A stretch of DNA of 64,000 bases from Alphaproteobacteria bacterium (GTDB taxonomy: Bacteria > Pseudomonadota > Alphaproteobacteria > SP197), in assembly GCA_965228895.1 (NCBI GenBank), contig OZ245842.1, positions 4,704,001-4,768,000 on the forward strand, written 5' to 3'. This document shows, one piece after another, positions 28,406 through 39,031 of the stretch (positions within the stretch are counted from its first letter, which is position 1; each line of letters begins with the position of its first letter). Below the pieces are notes generated by a model, which had not been told where the DNA came from, did no database searches, and worked only from the letters and a program-made list of their open reading frames with translations. A program made the translations under genes and the position numbers.

Positions 28406-29618
28406 AACGCCGCCGTGACGCGACGATTAGCCAGATGAACGCTGCGATTTGCACGAGAACCCAGGGACCAAAGGCGACCAGATAACCGATCGGCGCGTAA
28501 CGGCCACCGTCGAGCGGAAAGAAATCGAGCACAAAGCCGAAGCCGATCTGCAACAGGAACGCGCCGGAAAACGTAAAGAGCGCCATCGACGTGTTGACGC
28601 GGCCAGCCAGCGCGACCGGGAAGTCCTGGGTCAGGGCGGCATAGAAGATCGTCGCCGCGCCGCCGAAGAAACCGAACAAAAAGCACAGGAGCCATGGCGG
28701 CACCGGCGCCTCGAGCACGATCAACACCTGAACGACAATGAAAGCGCCAACACCGACCCCTGCCACCGCACGGGTCGGCACGCCGCGCCGACCGAGCCGT
28801 TCGGTGATCGCGCCCAAAAGCGCGTAGCCGACGATCATGCCGATGCCGCCCATCAAAAGCGCGTTGGCGGCCGCAAGGCCACCCAAACCCGGCACATCGC
28901 GCAGCCAGGCGCCGAGCCACAACGCCTGGATCGACATCCAGGCCGCCTGCACAGTCATGACCAGCGGCGCCGTGCCCCAGAAGACGCGCGAGCCCAGGAT
29001 CTGGCCCAGGCCGCGCCACTGGTCGGCCATAGAGCGCGGCTCGCCCTCAACATGCCGCTCTGGGACAACCACATAGACGACCGCGGCGACGAAGAGCGTG
29101 ATGCCGGCGACCAACTGAAAGAGGCCGCGCCACGTCATGTGGTCCAGCGCGAGCTGAACCGGCGCGCTGGCCGCCACCACACCCAGACCGCCGAAAGCCA
29201 GCAGATAACCGTTGACCAGCGGCAGCCGCTCCTTGGGCAGCCACAGGGCGAACGCCTTAAAGGAGGCCAGCAGACAGCCCGAGACACCAACGCCGATCAA
29301 CGCCCGCGCCAATGCGAGGCTTGGCGTGTCATGGCCGAAGGAGAACGCAAGAGCGCCCAGCGCCGCCACAGCCAGGAGCACCGTCTGGGTGCGGCGCGGC
29401 CCGAACCGGTCGAGCGCCATGCCAAGCGGTATTTGAGAGGCCGCAAAGGCCAGGAAATAAGCGCCGGTCAACAGGCCGATCCCGGCCGCGTCAATCGAAA
29501 GCTCGCGTGCCAGTTCCGGGCCCAGAACCGCATTCACGGTGCGAAAGGCATAGGACAGGAAATAGCCCATGGCGAACGGCGCGAAGACGCGCAGGACAAT
29601 GAAGGCGAGGCTGGGCAT
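28386..29618 (-). CDS. MFS transporter
   Basis: About 12 TM segments; motif A 'GMALDRFGPRR'. Confidence 0.9.
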   Translation of the reverse strand: MPSLAFIVLRVFAPFAMGYFLSYAFRTVNAVLGPELARELSIDAAGIGLLTGAYFLAFAASQIPLGMALDRFGPRRTQTVLLAVAALGALAFSFGHDTPSLALARALIGVGVSGCLLASFKAFALWLPKERLPLVNGYLLAFGGLGVVAASAPVQLALDHMTWRGLFQLVAGITLFVAAVVYVVVPERHVEGEPRSMADQWRGLGQILGSRVFWGTAPLVMTVQAAWMSIQALWLGAWLRDVPGLGGLAAANALLMGGIGMIVGYALLGAITERLGRRGVPTRAVAGVGVGAFIVVQVLIVLEAPVPPWLLCFLFGFFGGAATIFYAALTQDFPVALAGRVNTSMALFTFSGAFLLQIGFGFVLDFFPLDGGRYAPIGYLVAFGPWVLVQIAAFIWLIVASRRRSRAGRG

Positions 29619-29732
29619 GAAGGATCGACCGACCGGGCGGGATGCGTTGCGTTGCTTCTAGAGGAAATCGGTCGCGTGTGAAATCACTGCCGACGCGCGG
29701 GAATCCTTGCATCGGGTGCCTTTAAGGGGAAA

Positions 29733-31154
29733 ATGCGCGCCATGTCGGACAACGAGAAACAAACCGGCGCGCCTGGGGCCAATCCGCTGTGGGGCGGCCG
29801 CTTCGCCGAGGGACCGGCGGCGATCATGGAAGAGATCAACGCTTCCGTGGCCTTCGATCACCGTCTGGCGCAACAGGATATCGTGGGCTCAAGGGCCCAC
29901 GCCGCGATGCTGGTCGCCCAGGGCATTCTGACCGCCGAGGACGGCGATGCGATCGCGACCGGGCTGGATCAAATCGCCGCGGAGATCACGTCGGGCGCCT
30001 TCCATTTCGATCCCGCCCTTGAAGACGTGCACATGAATATCGAGGCGCGGCTGCGCGAGCTGATTGGCGATGCGGCCGGGCGCCTGCATACCGCGCGTTC
30101 GCGCAACGATCAGGTGGCGACCGACATGCGCCTTTGGGTGCGCGAGACGATCGACGCGGTCGATGGCGAGCTCAAGGCCCTGCAGGCGGCCCTGCTCGAC
30201 CAGGCCGAGGCTGAGGCCGCAACCATCCTGCCGGGCTTTACCCATTTGCAGCCGGCCCAGCCGGTCACCTTCGGCCATCACATGATGGCCTATGTTGAAA
30301 TGCTGGGCCGCGATCGCGGCCGCTTCGCCGATACCCGCCGGCGGCTCAACGAGAGCCCGCTGGGCGCCGCCGCACTTGCCGGCACGTCGTTTGCCATTGA
30401 CCGCAAGGCGACCGCTAGTGCACTCGAATTCGACCGGCCGGCGGCGAACTCCATGGACGCGGTCAGCGACCGCGACTTCTGCCTGGAGTTTCTGGCGGCG
30501 GCCTCGATCCTGGCCGTTCATCTGTCGCGTCTGGCCGAGGAGCTGGTGCTCTGGACCAGCCCGGCGTTTGACCTTGTCGCCCTGCCGGACAGCCTGACCA
30601 CCGGCTCGTCGATCATGCCGCAGAAACGCAATCCCGACGCCGCCGAGCTGGTGCGCGGCAAGGCCGGCCGCGTGTTCGGCGATCTCACCGGCATGCTGAC
30701 CACGCTGAAGGGTCTGCCGATGACCTATGGCAAGGACATGCAGGAAGATAAGGAGCCGGTGTTCGATGCCGCCGACACCTTGATGCTGATCGTGCCCGCG
30801 ACGACAGCCATGATCGCCGGCATGACCGTCAACGCCGACGCCATGCGCGCGCTGACAAGCCAGGGGTTTCTGACCGCGACCGATCTTGCCGACTGGTTGG
30901 TGCGTGAGCTCGACATGCCGTTCCGCGACGCCCACCACGTCACCGGTGCCATCGTCAAGCTGGCGGAAACAAAGGGTTGTGATCTGACCGACCTCAACCT
31001 TGAAGATCTGCAGCGTATCGAGCCACGCTTGACGGAGAAGGTCTACGACGCGCTCGACATCGAACGCGCTGTGGCCGGCCGTACCAGCGAAGGCGGTACG
31101 GCGCCTGAGAACGTCAAAGCCTCCGTCAAGGCGGCACGCAAGAGGTTTCTATGA
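29733..31154 (+). CDS. argH: Argininosuccinate lyase
   Basis: 'LWGGRF', 'HTARSRNDQ', 'PGFTHLQ', '[12 protein letters not shown]'. Confidence 0.97.
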   Translation: MRAMSDNEKQTGAPGANPLWGGRFAEGPAAIMEEINASVAFDHRLAQQDIVGSRAHAAMLVAQGILTAEDGDAIATGLDQIAAEITSGAFHFDPALEDVHMNIEARLRELIGDAAGRLHTARSRNDQVATDMRLWVRETIDAVDGELKALQAALLDQAEAEAATILPGFTHLQPAQPVTFGHHMMAYVEMLGRDRGRFADTRRRLNESPLGAAALAGTSFAIDRKATASALEFDRPAANSMDAVSDRDFCLEFLAAASILAVHLSRLAEELVLWTSPAFDLVALPDSLTTGSSIMPQKRNPDAAELVRGKAGRVFGDLTGMLTTLKGLPMTYGKDMQEDKEPVFDAADTLMLIVPATTAMIAGMTVNADAMRALTSQGFLTATDLADWLVRELDMPFRDAHHVTGAIVKLAETKGCDLTDLNLEDLQRIEPRLTEKVYDALDIERAVAGRTSEGGTAPENVKASVKAARKRFL

Positions 31155-31288
31155 TGAGCCGACGCGAATTGATGCGGGGCATCGCTGCCTCCGCAATGGC
31201 CTTGCTCTTCGCCGCCTGTGCCGGCGGCGGGACGACCACGTCAGGTGATGGCGACAACGAGAACCCCGACGAAGGGCGCGATTATTGA
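31151..31288 (+). CDS. Small lipoprotein (45 aa), absent from ORF track
   Basis: [45 protein letters not shown]; lipobox FAAC; ATGA overlap with the argH stop. Confidence 0.6.
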   Translation: MMSRRELMRGIAASAMALLFAACAGGGTTTSGDGDNENPDEGRDY

Positions 31289-31390
31289 CGTTGACGGCGC
31301 CCTCGCCATGCTTCTTGTTGGCAAAGGTATGAGTGCGGGAAGGATCGACCGCTGTCGGGTGAATGTTCCCGTGGCGGCCAGGGTGAGTTG

Positions 31391-31549
31391 ATGATGACAC
31401 GACGCGAGACGCTTGAACTGATCACCGCAGCGGCGCTTGTCTCTCTGCTGGCAGCCTGCGGCCGCAAGGGCCCGCTGACCCCGCCCGATCAGGTCGACCC
31501 GGATGATCCCGACGAGTACGAACTGGAACCCGACGAGTACGGCTTTTGA
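31391..31549 (+). CDS. lptM: LptM/YifL-family small lipoprotein (52 aa), absent from ORF track
   Basis: MMTRRETLELITAAALVSLLAA-CGRKGPLTPP…; the CGxKGPL signature; stop overlaps the lysA start (TTGA), the usual position. Confidence 0.8.
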   Translation: MMTRRETLELITAAALVSLLAACGRKGPLTPPDQVDPDDPDEYELEPDEYGF

Positions 31550-32838
31550 ACCCCTTCACCTATCACCACGGCGAGCTCCATGCCGAAGAAACGGCCCTTG
31601 CGGCTATCGCGCAAGAGGTCGGCACGCCGTTCTATTGCTACGCGCAAGAGGCGCTTGAAGAACGTTATCGCCGGTTGGCGGCCGCCTGTGCGGAATCGGG
31701 GACCAAGATCGCCTACGCGGTGAAAGCCAACGGCAATCTTGCCGTCATCGCGACCTTCGCCCGGCTTGGCGCCGGCGCCGATATCGTGTCGGGCGGCGAA
31801 TTGCTGCGCGCGCTCGCCGCGGGGGTACCGGCGGATCGCATTGTCTTTTCCGGGGTCGGCAAGACGGCCGAGGAAATCGACATGGCGCTCGAACAAGGCG
31901 TCGGCCAGTTGAATGTCGAGTCCGAGGACGAACTGGCCGATATCAGCCGTGTCGCCGCGGGCCGCGGTCAGCGGGCGCCGATCGCGTTGCGCATCAACCC
32001 CGATGTCGCCGCCGGCGGCCATGACAAGATTTCGACCGGCCGCAAGACCGACAAGTTCGGCGTCGCGTTCGATCGCGCGGCCGAGCTTTATGCACGCGCC
32101 GCCGCCGATCCCCACCTCGAGCCGCTGGGTCTGGCGATCCATATCGGCTCTCAGATCTACGATCTCAGCGCCTTCGAGACCGCCATCGATCGCTTGATCG
32201 CGCTGCGTGGCGTTATCCGCGACGCCGGGCACGCGGTACCCCATCTCGATCTGGGTGGCGGCCTGGGCGTCGCCTATGACGGCGGCGAAGACATGGCGCT
32301 GGCGCCCTATGGCGGCCTTCTGGCCCGTGTGGCGGCGGAAACCGGCGCCGAGCTCACGATCGAACCCGGACGCTGGCTTGTCGCCGGCGCCGGCCTCCTG
32401 ATCGGGCAGGTGCTGGCCACCAAACAGGCGGGAGACCGCCGTTTCGTGATTGTCGATGCGGCCATGAATGACATGATCCGCCCGGCGCTCTACGAGGCCA
32501 GCCATCCGGTGTGGCCGGTCAAAAAACCGCCGGAAAGCGCCGCTACAGAGGTCGTGACGCTGGCCGGGCCGGTCTGTGAGTCAACCGACGTTTTGGCCCG
32601 CGATATCGCGCTTTCCGGCGTCGAAACCGGCGATCTGGTCGCCATTGGCATGGCCGGCGCCTACGGCGCGGTGCTGTCGTCGGGCTATAATGGGCGGCGC
32701 CTGGTCCCCGAAGTGATGGTACGAGGACGTGATTTTACCGTGGTCCGCCGACGGCCTACATATGAAGAGAGCATGGCGCTCGATCGTCTGCCTGATTGGA
32801 TGGCGGGCACGGATGGCGCCAAACGAGGCGTTGCATGA
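31546..32838 (+). CDS. lysA: Diaminopimelate decarboxylase
   Basis: 'YAVKAN' (PLP Lys), 'HIGSQI', 'DLGGG', 'EPGR', 'GPVCESTD', 'GAYG'. Confidence 0.96.
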   Translation: MNPFTYHHGELHAEETALAAIAQEVGTPFYCYAQEALEERYRRLAAACAESGTKIAYAVKANGNLAVIATFARLGAGADIVSGGELLRALAAGVPADRIVFSGVGKTAEEIDMALEQGVGQLNVESEDELADISRVAAGRGQRAPIALRINPDVAAGGHDKISTGRKTDKFGVAFDRAAELYARAAADPHLEPLGLAIHIGSQIYDLSAFETAIDRLIALRGVIRDAGHAVPHLDLGGGLGVAYDGGEDMALAPYGGLLARVAAETGAELTIEPGRWLVAGAGLLIGQVLATKQAGDRRFVIVDAAMNDMIRPALYEASHPVWPVKKPPESAATEVVTLAGPVCESTDVLARDIALSGVETGDLVAIGMAGAYGAVLSSGYNGRRLVPEVMVRGRDFTVVRRRPTYEESMALDRLPDWMAGTDGAKRGVA

Positions 32839-35249
32839 GTGACGACAGCCCGGCTAACCGACCCGGGAGCCGCCCCCTAGCGGTGCAGCGGCGCATTCTG
32901 CTTGCCCAGGCAGCGCTTGCCTGGGAGGACCTGATGCCGCGCCTGTGGCGCAGCGTTGCGCTGATCGCCGGATTTGTCGGCATCACCTTGCTGGGTCTGT
33001 GGCTGTGGCTGCCGGGATGGCTGCATCTCATTATTTTGGCAGGTTTTGTCGTTTTGCTGCCATACTTCCTGTGGCGCGACCTGCCGGGCTGGCGCATCCC
33101 GGGCGAAGCCGACGCCCTGCGCCGCCTGGAGCTGAAAAGCGGCTTCGATCACCGCCCGCTGACCGCCCTTGAAGACAGTTTTGCCGGCGACCGCCGGGAC
33201 GGTGCCAGCCGCGCCTTGTGGCAAGCCCACCGGCGTCGCGTGCGCCAGGCAATCAAACGGCTGAAGGTCGGCTGGCCGGCGTCTAAGGTCGCCAACCGCG
33301 ACGGTTTTGCGTTGCGCGGGATTGCGGGTCTGGTGCTGGCGGCCGGTCTCTTGGTCGGCTGGCAGCACGCCGGCCTCAACTTCGCTGCCGCGTTCAAACC
33401 CGATTTCAGCCGCGCCCTGGCAGCCTCGCCGGTCGGCGAGCTGACCTTGTGGATCACGCCGCCCGCCTATACCGGCGTGCCGCCGCTCTGGCTCGACCCG
33501 ACGACGGCGGCCGAAACCACCGAGCCGGTGGTCATCCCGGCCGGCAGCGAACTGGTCGCCCAGGTGCGTGGTGGCAGCCAGACGCCGGAGGTTGTCATCG
33601 GCGAGACGGCGACCGGCTTCGAGCAGGCGGGATCATCCAGTTTCCAGATCACCATGGAACTTGAGGCCGGCAACCGGCTGGCGTTTCAGCAGGGCGGCAG
33701 CGAGCTCGCGGCTTGGCCGATCGATATCGTGCCGGACCGCGTGCCGACCGTCGGTCTGACCGAGGAGCCTCAGGAAACCCTGCGCACCACCCTGCGCCTC
33801 GACGTTGCGGCAGAGGATGATTACGGCATCGATGGCATCCGCGCGCGGCTGTCGCGGGTCGCCGTGCCCGACGAGATCATGGAACTCTCCGTGCCGATCG
33901 CCCACAAAGGCGTGCGCGAAGCCAGGGGCCCGTCGTTCTATGACCTGACGCCCCATCCCTGGGCCGGCCTGGACGTCACGATGCAGCTCTATGCCACCGA
34001 CGTGACCGGTCAGGTCGGCCAGAGCGAGATCTACACCTTCAAACTACCGCGCCGCTATTTTTACCACATGGTCGCGCGTGAGATCGCCGATCTGCGCCAG
34101 AATCTGGTCCAGGATCCCGGACTGCGTGAGGAGACCGCCGAGGCCCTGGCGGCGCTGACCTTGGATCCCGAAGCCTATCTGAGCGACGTGACCGTCCACC
34201 TGGCGCTCGTCACCAGCGCCAACCGGCTGATGCTCGATAACAGCGAAGCGGGCATGGACGCGGTCATCGCGCTGATGTGGGACACCGCGCTCGCTATCGA
34301 AGAAGGTCCCCTGGCGTTCGCCGAACGACGCGTGCGCGACCTGCAGCAACAGCTCCTGGAGGCGCTGTCGGAAGGCGCCACGGACGATGAGATCGTGCGC
34401 CTGATCGATGAGCTGCGCCAGGCGATGGAAGACTACATGCGCGCGCTCTCCAACCGCCTGCGCACGGACCCCGGCGAACTGTTCGATCCGACCGATGCGC
34501 TGAAAGCCGTCGGCAGTCGTGAACTGACCGATCTGGTCGATCAGTTGCGCGACCTCGTCAATTCCGGCTCGCGCGATGCGGCCCAAACGCTTCTGAGCCG
34601 CATGCAGGAGATCATGGAGAACATCTCGGTCGGCAATCTCTCCGACCTGACCGGCGCGATCAGCGCCCAGGCGGCCGAGGTGTTGCAGACGATACGCCAG
34701 CTCATGAGCGGCCAACAGGAACTGCTTGATGAAACGTTTCGCATGCTGCGCGAGGAAGATGCGGAAGGTGCCGACAGCTCAGGTGCCTTCGCGGGTCAGA
34801 CCCAATTGCAGCAGTCGTTGCAGGAACTGATGGAGCGCATGGAGGAGTTCGGCTTCGGTACGTCGCGCGAGTTCGAGCGCGCCGACCGTTCCATGGGCCG
34901 TTCCGCGCGCCAGCTCGAAAACGACCGACCCGGCCAGGCGGTCGATCACCAGACCGAAGCGATCGAACAACTGCGCGCCGGCGCCGACGCGCTGATGGAA
35001 AGTCTGATGGAGCAGGCTGGCGAAGACGTGGCCGGCGAAGGCCAGAACTTCTTCGGTGCGCCGCGCGATCCCATGGGCCGCCACCTTGGCGGTGATGGCG
35101 GCGAGGATACCGGCGACTTTCAGCTGCCCGACCGCGGCGCTATCGTGCGCGCCCGCGAGATCCTGGACGAGCTCTACAAGCGCGCCAGCGAACAGCATCG
35201 CCCGGTCGACGAACAGCAGTACCTGGAGCGCCTGCTGCGCCGCTTCTAG
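32835..35249 (+). CDS. DUF4175 / TIGR02302-type membrane-anchored coiled-coil protein
   Basis: 'WITPPAYTG', 'RDPMGR', 'RAREILDEL…YLERLL'; conserved position after lysA. Confidence 0.8.
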   Translation: MSDDSPANRPGSRPLAVQRRILLAQAALAWEDLMPRLWRSVALIAGFVGITLLGLWLWLPGWLHLIILAGFVVLLPYFLWRDLPGWRIPGEADALRRLELKSGFDHRPLTALEDSFAGDRRDGASRALWQAHRRRVRQAIKRLKVGWPASKVANRDGFALRGIAGLVLAAGLLVGWQHAGLNFAAAFKPDFSRALAASPVGELTLWITPPAYTGVPPLWLDPTTAAETTEPVVIPAGSELVAQVRGGSQTPEVVIGETATGFEQAGSSSFQITMELEAGNRLAFQQGGSELAAWPIDIVPDRVPTVGLTEEPQETLRTTLRLDVAAEDDYGIDGIRARLSRVAVPDEIMELSVPIAHKGVREARGPSFYDLTPHPWAGLDVTMQLYATDVTGQVGQSEIYTFKLPRRYFYHMVAREIADLRQNLVQDPGLREETAEALAALTLDPEAYLSDVTVHLALVTSANRLMLDNSEAGMDAVIALMWDTALAIEEGPLAFAERRVRDLQQQLLEALSEGATDDEIVRLIDELRQAMEDYMRALSNRLRTDPGELFDPTDALKAVGSRELTDLVDQLRDLVNSGSRDAAQTLLSRMQEIMENISVGNLSDLTGAISAQAAEVLQTIRQLMSGQQELLDETFRMLREEDAEGADSSGAFAGQTQLQQSLQELMERMEEFGFGTSREFERADRSMGRSARQLENDRPGQAVDHQTEAIEQLRAGADALMESLMEQAGEDVAGEGQNFFGAPRDPMGRHLGGDGGEDTGDFQLPDRGAIVRAREILDELYKRASEQHRPVDEQQYLERLLRRF

Positions 35250-35268
35250 ACGAGACGCGTTCAACCCC

Positions 35269-35820
35269 ATGACCGATCAGCCGACAGCCAGGCCGGACTT
35301 CACCGTGCGCGACGGTTGTCCGGGCGATATTCCCGCGACTACCCGCATTTACGCTATTGAGGTGCGCGACGGCAGCGCGTCCTTCGAATTGAGTGCGCCG
35401 GACGAAACCGAGATGGCCCGCCGGTTCGAAACCATCCGCGACGCCGGGCTGCCCTATCTGGTGGCCGAGGACGAGAGCGGACAAATTCTGGGGTACGCCT
35501 ATGCCGGCACCTACCGGCCCCGCCCGGCCTATGGCGCGACGGTCGAGAACTCGGTCTATGTCGCGGCTGAAGCGCGCGGCCGGGGCGTTGGGCGTGCGTT
35601 GCTGGCGGCGCTGATCGAGCGCTGCCGTCAGGCGGGAAAGCGTGAAATGATCGCCGTCATCGGCGATTCCACCAATCTCGGCTCAATAGGCTTGCACCGT
35701 GCCCTGGGTTTCCGCGATGCCGGCGTGTTGCGCGATGTCGGCCGCAAGCACGGACGCTGGCTCGACACCGTCTTGATGCAGTACACGCTCCACGATGAAG
35801 GTGGTGAAGGCGGACGCTGA
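35269..35820 (+). CDS. GNAT acetyltransferase (phosphinothricin acetyltransferase/YncA-like)
   Basis: 'ASFE', 'GYAYAGTYRPRPAY', 'VENSVYV', 'ARGRGVG', 'VGRKHGRWLDT'. Confidence 0.88.
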   Translation: MTDQPTARPDFTVRDGCPGDIPATTRIYAIEVRDGSASFELSAPDETEMARRFETIRDAGLPYLVAEDESGQILGYAYAGTYRPRPAYGATVENSVYVAAEARGRGVGRALLAALIERCRQAGKREMIAVIGDSTNLGSIGLHRALGFRDAGVLRDVGRKHGRWLDTVLMQYTLHDEGGEGGR

Positions 35821-35836
35821 CGGCCGCGCGGGCGCG

Positions 35837-36769
35837 TTATCTCAGATCGTCGAAGGTTACCAGGATATCGGTTTCGTCGCCGGTCACCGGCGGGTCGGGA
35901 TAGATATCGCGGAAGCCGGTGTCACCGCCCGGAGCCAGAACCTCGGCCGTCGCGACAAACGTCCAGAACGTCGTGACCTGACCTGCCTGATCGAGCAGCT
36001 CGGCACGGAGCATCGGCAGAAGACTCAAATCCGGTCCGGCGTTAACGACACGCCCGGAGACGATCAGCACCTTGTCACCGTTCTCGTCGAGCACCTCGAA
36101 GGCGACGTCTTCCAATTTGAGATTTTGCGAACTCGGCGGACCAATCAGGTCGAGAGCGGCATAGGCCGGCAAGGTCTGGGGGAACGCCTGCAGGACGTCC
36201 GTCCGCCATTGATAGAGCGCGGCCCCGGCCGCGACCAGCAACAGCACGACCAACAGGATTGCCCGCCCGCGGCCTCTGGGCGATCTGCCATCGGCATCGT
36301 CGGGACCGACGACGCGGCTTACATCGAAGTCCGGTGTGCTATCGACCCGCACATTGTCACTCATGCCCAGAGCCGCACTTTCCGCCGTCGGCTGGCTGGC
36401 CGACAGTTGGTGAGACTCCGATGTATCGCTGTCCGGTACCTCCTGCGCCTCGATTTCGCTCACGGTTTCGGCAGCAATCAGGGAGGGTGTATCTGTCGGT
36501 GGTAAAATCTCGGGCGCCGATTGGTCCGCCGTTGCCACCTGTGGCACGTCAGGGTCGGTTTTGGCCTCTACGCTGGGCTCAGCGTCAGAATCCGGTCGCT
36601 GAGGCGCGGTTTCCTCGGCGATCGGCGGCGGCGCATCGGCCGCAACGGCTTCCGGCGCCTGAAACCAAACGTGTTTGCAGGCCGAACACTTAACTTTACG
36701 GCCCGCCGTGCCCAGGGCACCGTCAGGAATCTGGAAGCGGGATCCGCAAGATGGACAGGTAAGGATCAT
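35837..36769 (-). CDS. MJ0042 zinc-finger / DUF3426 bitopic protein (ZitP-like)
   Basis: 'MILTCPSC…GRKVKCSACKHVWF', low-complexity linker, one TM helix, periplasmic domain; divergent from ftsE. Confidence 0.8.
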   Translation of the reverse strand: MILTCPSCGSRFQIPDGALGTAGRKVKCSACKHVWFQAPEAVAADAPPPIAEETAPQRPDSDAEPSVEAKTDPDVPQVATADQSAPEILPPTDTPSLIAAETVSEIEAQEVPDSDTSESHQLSASQPTAESAALGMSDNVRVDSTPDFDVSRVVGPDDADGRSPRGRGRAILLVVLLLVAAGAALYQWRTDVLQAFPQTLPAYAALDLIGPPSSQNLKLEDVAFEVLDENGDKVLIVSGRVVNAGPDLSLLPMLRAELLDQAGQVTTFWTFVATAEVLAPGGDTGFRDIYPDPPVTGDETDILVTFDDLR

Positions 36770-36892
36770 GTCCCTTCACACACCTACGATCGAAATAGCT
36801 ACACTGCTCTATAGGCGCGGGCGCGATGGCTGGCAAGATTCGCCGAATCTGCGACATTGGGCGCCACGACACGGGCTCAGGGACTAGATCTG

Positions 36893-37591
36893 TTGGTGCG
36901 TTTCGAAAATGTCGGCCTACGTTACGGCAACGGGCCGGAGGTGCTGCACGATGTCAGCCTCTCCCTGGCGCCGGGTTCCTATCATTTCCTGGTTGGGGCC
37001 AGTGGCGCCGGAAAGTCGTCGCTGCTGAGCCTGCTCTATCTGGCGCGCCGGCCGACACGCGGTCTGATTCAGATGTTCGACCACGATATCGCCGCGGTGC
37101 CACGCGATCAGATGCCGGCGTTGCGGCGAAAGATCGGCGTCGTTTTTCAGGATTACCATCTCTTGGACCATCTTTCGGCGCTGGAGAACGTCGCCCTGCC
37201 GTTGCGCGTCGCCGGCAACGATCGCGGCAAGATCCGCGACCACGTCATCGAGCTGCTGGAATGGGTCGGCCTGGGCGACAAGCTCGATGTGCGCCCGCCC
37301 GCGCTTTCCGGCGGCGAAAAGCAACGGATGGCGGTTGCCAGGGCCGTCATCGCGCGCCCTAAGCTGCTGTTGGCTGACGAACCGACCGGTAACCTGGATG
37401 ACAACATCGGCGAGCGGCTGATGCGTCTGTTCGACGAACTCAACCGCCTTGGTACGACCCTTGTCGTGGCGACCCATAACAGCAATCTGCCGGTCCGCTT
37501 TCCTCATCCTGTGCTTCGCCTGCAGGATGGTGAACTGCATGCGATGACGAAACAAAGAGGCGGCGCGCATGTTGTTTCGACGGCGCCATGA
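36893..37591 (+). CDS. ftsE: Cell division ATP-binding protein FtsE
   Basis: Walker A GASGAGKS, 'IGVVFQD', LSGGE, 'LLADEPTGNLD'; followed by ftsX. Confidence 0.93.
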   Translation: MVRFENVGLRYGNGPEVLHDVSLSLAPGSYHFLVGASGAGKSSLLSLLYLARRPTRGLIQMFDHDIAAVPRDQMPALRRKIGVVFQDYHLLDHLSALENVALPLRVAGNDRGKIRDHVIELLEWVGLGDKLDVRPPALSGGEKQRMAVARAVIARPKLLLADEPTGNLDDNIGERLMRLFDELNRLGTTLVVATHNSNLPVRFPHPVLRLQDGELHAMTKQRGGAHVVSTAP

Positions 37592-38444
37592 CGTGCCGCT
37601 GGCCGGCGACCCGGCCAGCCGCTTCGTCCCCGGTATAATCGGCATCATGGTGTTCCTGTCGGTGCTGGTGCTCGCCTCTGCCTTGGTTCTGGGCAACGCG
37701 ATCGAACAGTGGCGCTTGAGCCACAGCGTTCAGATCACTGTCGAAGTGCCGCCTAGCGCCGCGTCGGGAGGGGCGGTCGAAAGCGTCATCGAGGTCCTGG
37801 CCGCGACACCCGGTGTGACCGAGGCCCGGCGTTTGAGCGGTGACAAGGTGAGCGAGCTGCTGTCCCCGTGGATCGGCAACGACCTTGATATCACCGAACT
37901 GCCGCTGCCGGTGCTGATCGATGTCCGGCTTGATCGCCCCGGCGCGGTCGATGCGGAGGCGCTGCAGGCGCTGCTGGATCAGGAGATACCCGGCATTCGC
38001 GTCGACGACGGCCGACGCTGGCTGCAGCCGATCCGCGCGACGGCGCGCACGCTTCAACTGGTCGCCGGCATCGTCCTGCTGCTGATCGCCGGCGGCGCAA
38101 TCGCGACCATCATCTTCATGACGCGGACCGGTCTGGCGGTGCATCACGACACCATCGCCATCCTGCATCTCGTCGGTGCGAAGGACGCATACGTTGCCCG
38201 GCAGTTCCAGGCCCAGGCTTTACGGCTGGCGCTTTATGGTGGTGTGCCGGGTCTGGTGGTCGCCGGCCTGTGCATCGCGCTGGTCGGCCGTCTGGCGGGC
38301 CAACTGGAGGCGCCGCTGTTGCCACAGCTCAGCCTCGGCCTGCACGGCTGGATCGCGCTGGCTGCCGTGCCGCTTGTTGCCGCCGTCATCGCGGTAATCA
38401 CGGCACGCGCCACCGTGATGGCGACCTTGCAACGTCTGCCATGA
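37569..38444 (+). CDS. ftsX: Cell division permease FtsX
   Basis: Four-TM topology, 'LPLPVLIDV', 'ILHLVGAKDAYVARQF'. Confidence 0.88.
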   Translation: MLFRRRHDVPLAGDPASRFVPGIIGIMVFLSVLVLASALVLGNAIEQWRLSHSVQITVEVPPSAASGGAVESVIEVLAATPGVTEARRLSGDKVSELLSPWIGNDLDITELPLPVLIDVRLDRPGAVDAEALQALLDQEIPGIRVDDGRRWLQPIRATARTLQLVAGIVLLLIAGGAIATIIFMTRTGLAVHHDTIAILHLVGAKDAYVARQFQAQALRLALYGGVPGLVVAGLCIALVGRLAGQLEAPLLPQLSLGLHGWIALAAVPLVAAVIAVITARATVMATLQRLP

Positions 38445-39031
38445 CCCGGCGCCGCGGCAGATGGTTTCGCCGGTTTCTGGTGCTGGCCGTCCTCCTGGCC
38501 TTGGCCTGGGCGGCCGGTTTTATCTGGTTCGTCAACAACTTACCGAGCGCGCCGACCGACGACACGACACCGACCGATGCCATTGTGGTGCTGACCGGCG
38601 GCGCCGACCGGCTGACGACCGGCCTTGGCCTATTGGATCAGGAACTGGCGGAAACGCTCTTCATTTCCGGGGTCTACACCGGCGTCGACGTGGCGACGAT
38701 CCTGGCCCTGGACGATCAGGCACCGGCCAAACTGGCCTGTTGCATCGAGCTGGGCCATAGCGCCCAGCATACGGTTGGCAACGCAGCGGAGACCGCGGCC
38801 TGGATGGCCGAAAGCGGGCGTTCCTCGCTCAGGCTGGTCACCGCCGCCTATCACATGCCGCGCAGCCTTGTGCTGTTCCATCGTTCGATGCCGGACATCA
38901 CCATCGTGCCGCATCCGGTGTTCCCGGCGAGCGTCGACCTGGATGCCTGGTGGTACGACACCGACACCTTCTCTCTGCTGGCCGGCGAATACAGCAAGTA
39001 CCTGGTGAGCCAAGCTTGGCCGGTTCTATGA
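38441..39031 (+). CDS. YdcF/DUF218 family protein
   Basis: 'DAIVVLTGG', 'TVGNA', 'LVTAAYHMPRS', 'EYSKY'. Confidence 0.88.
   Translation: MTRRRGRWFRRFLVLAVLLALAWAAGFIWFVNNLPSAPTDDTTPTDAIVVLTGGADRLTTGLGLLDQELAETLFISGVYTGVDVATILALDDQAPAKLACCIELGHSAQHTVGNAAETAAWMAESGRSSLRLVTAAYHMPRSLVLFHRSMPDITIVPHPVFPASVDLDAWWYDTDTFSLLAGEYSKYLVSQAWPVL

Noticed and set aside
35269-35820. Phosphinothricin resistance linked to the phosphonate operon
   Set aside because: YncA/Pat-like GNATs are widespread, usually act on methionine sulfoximine/sulfone, and this gene is about 13 kb from the tmp locus.
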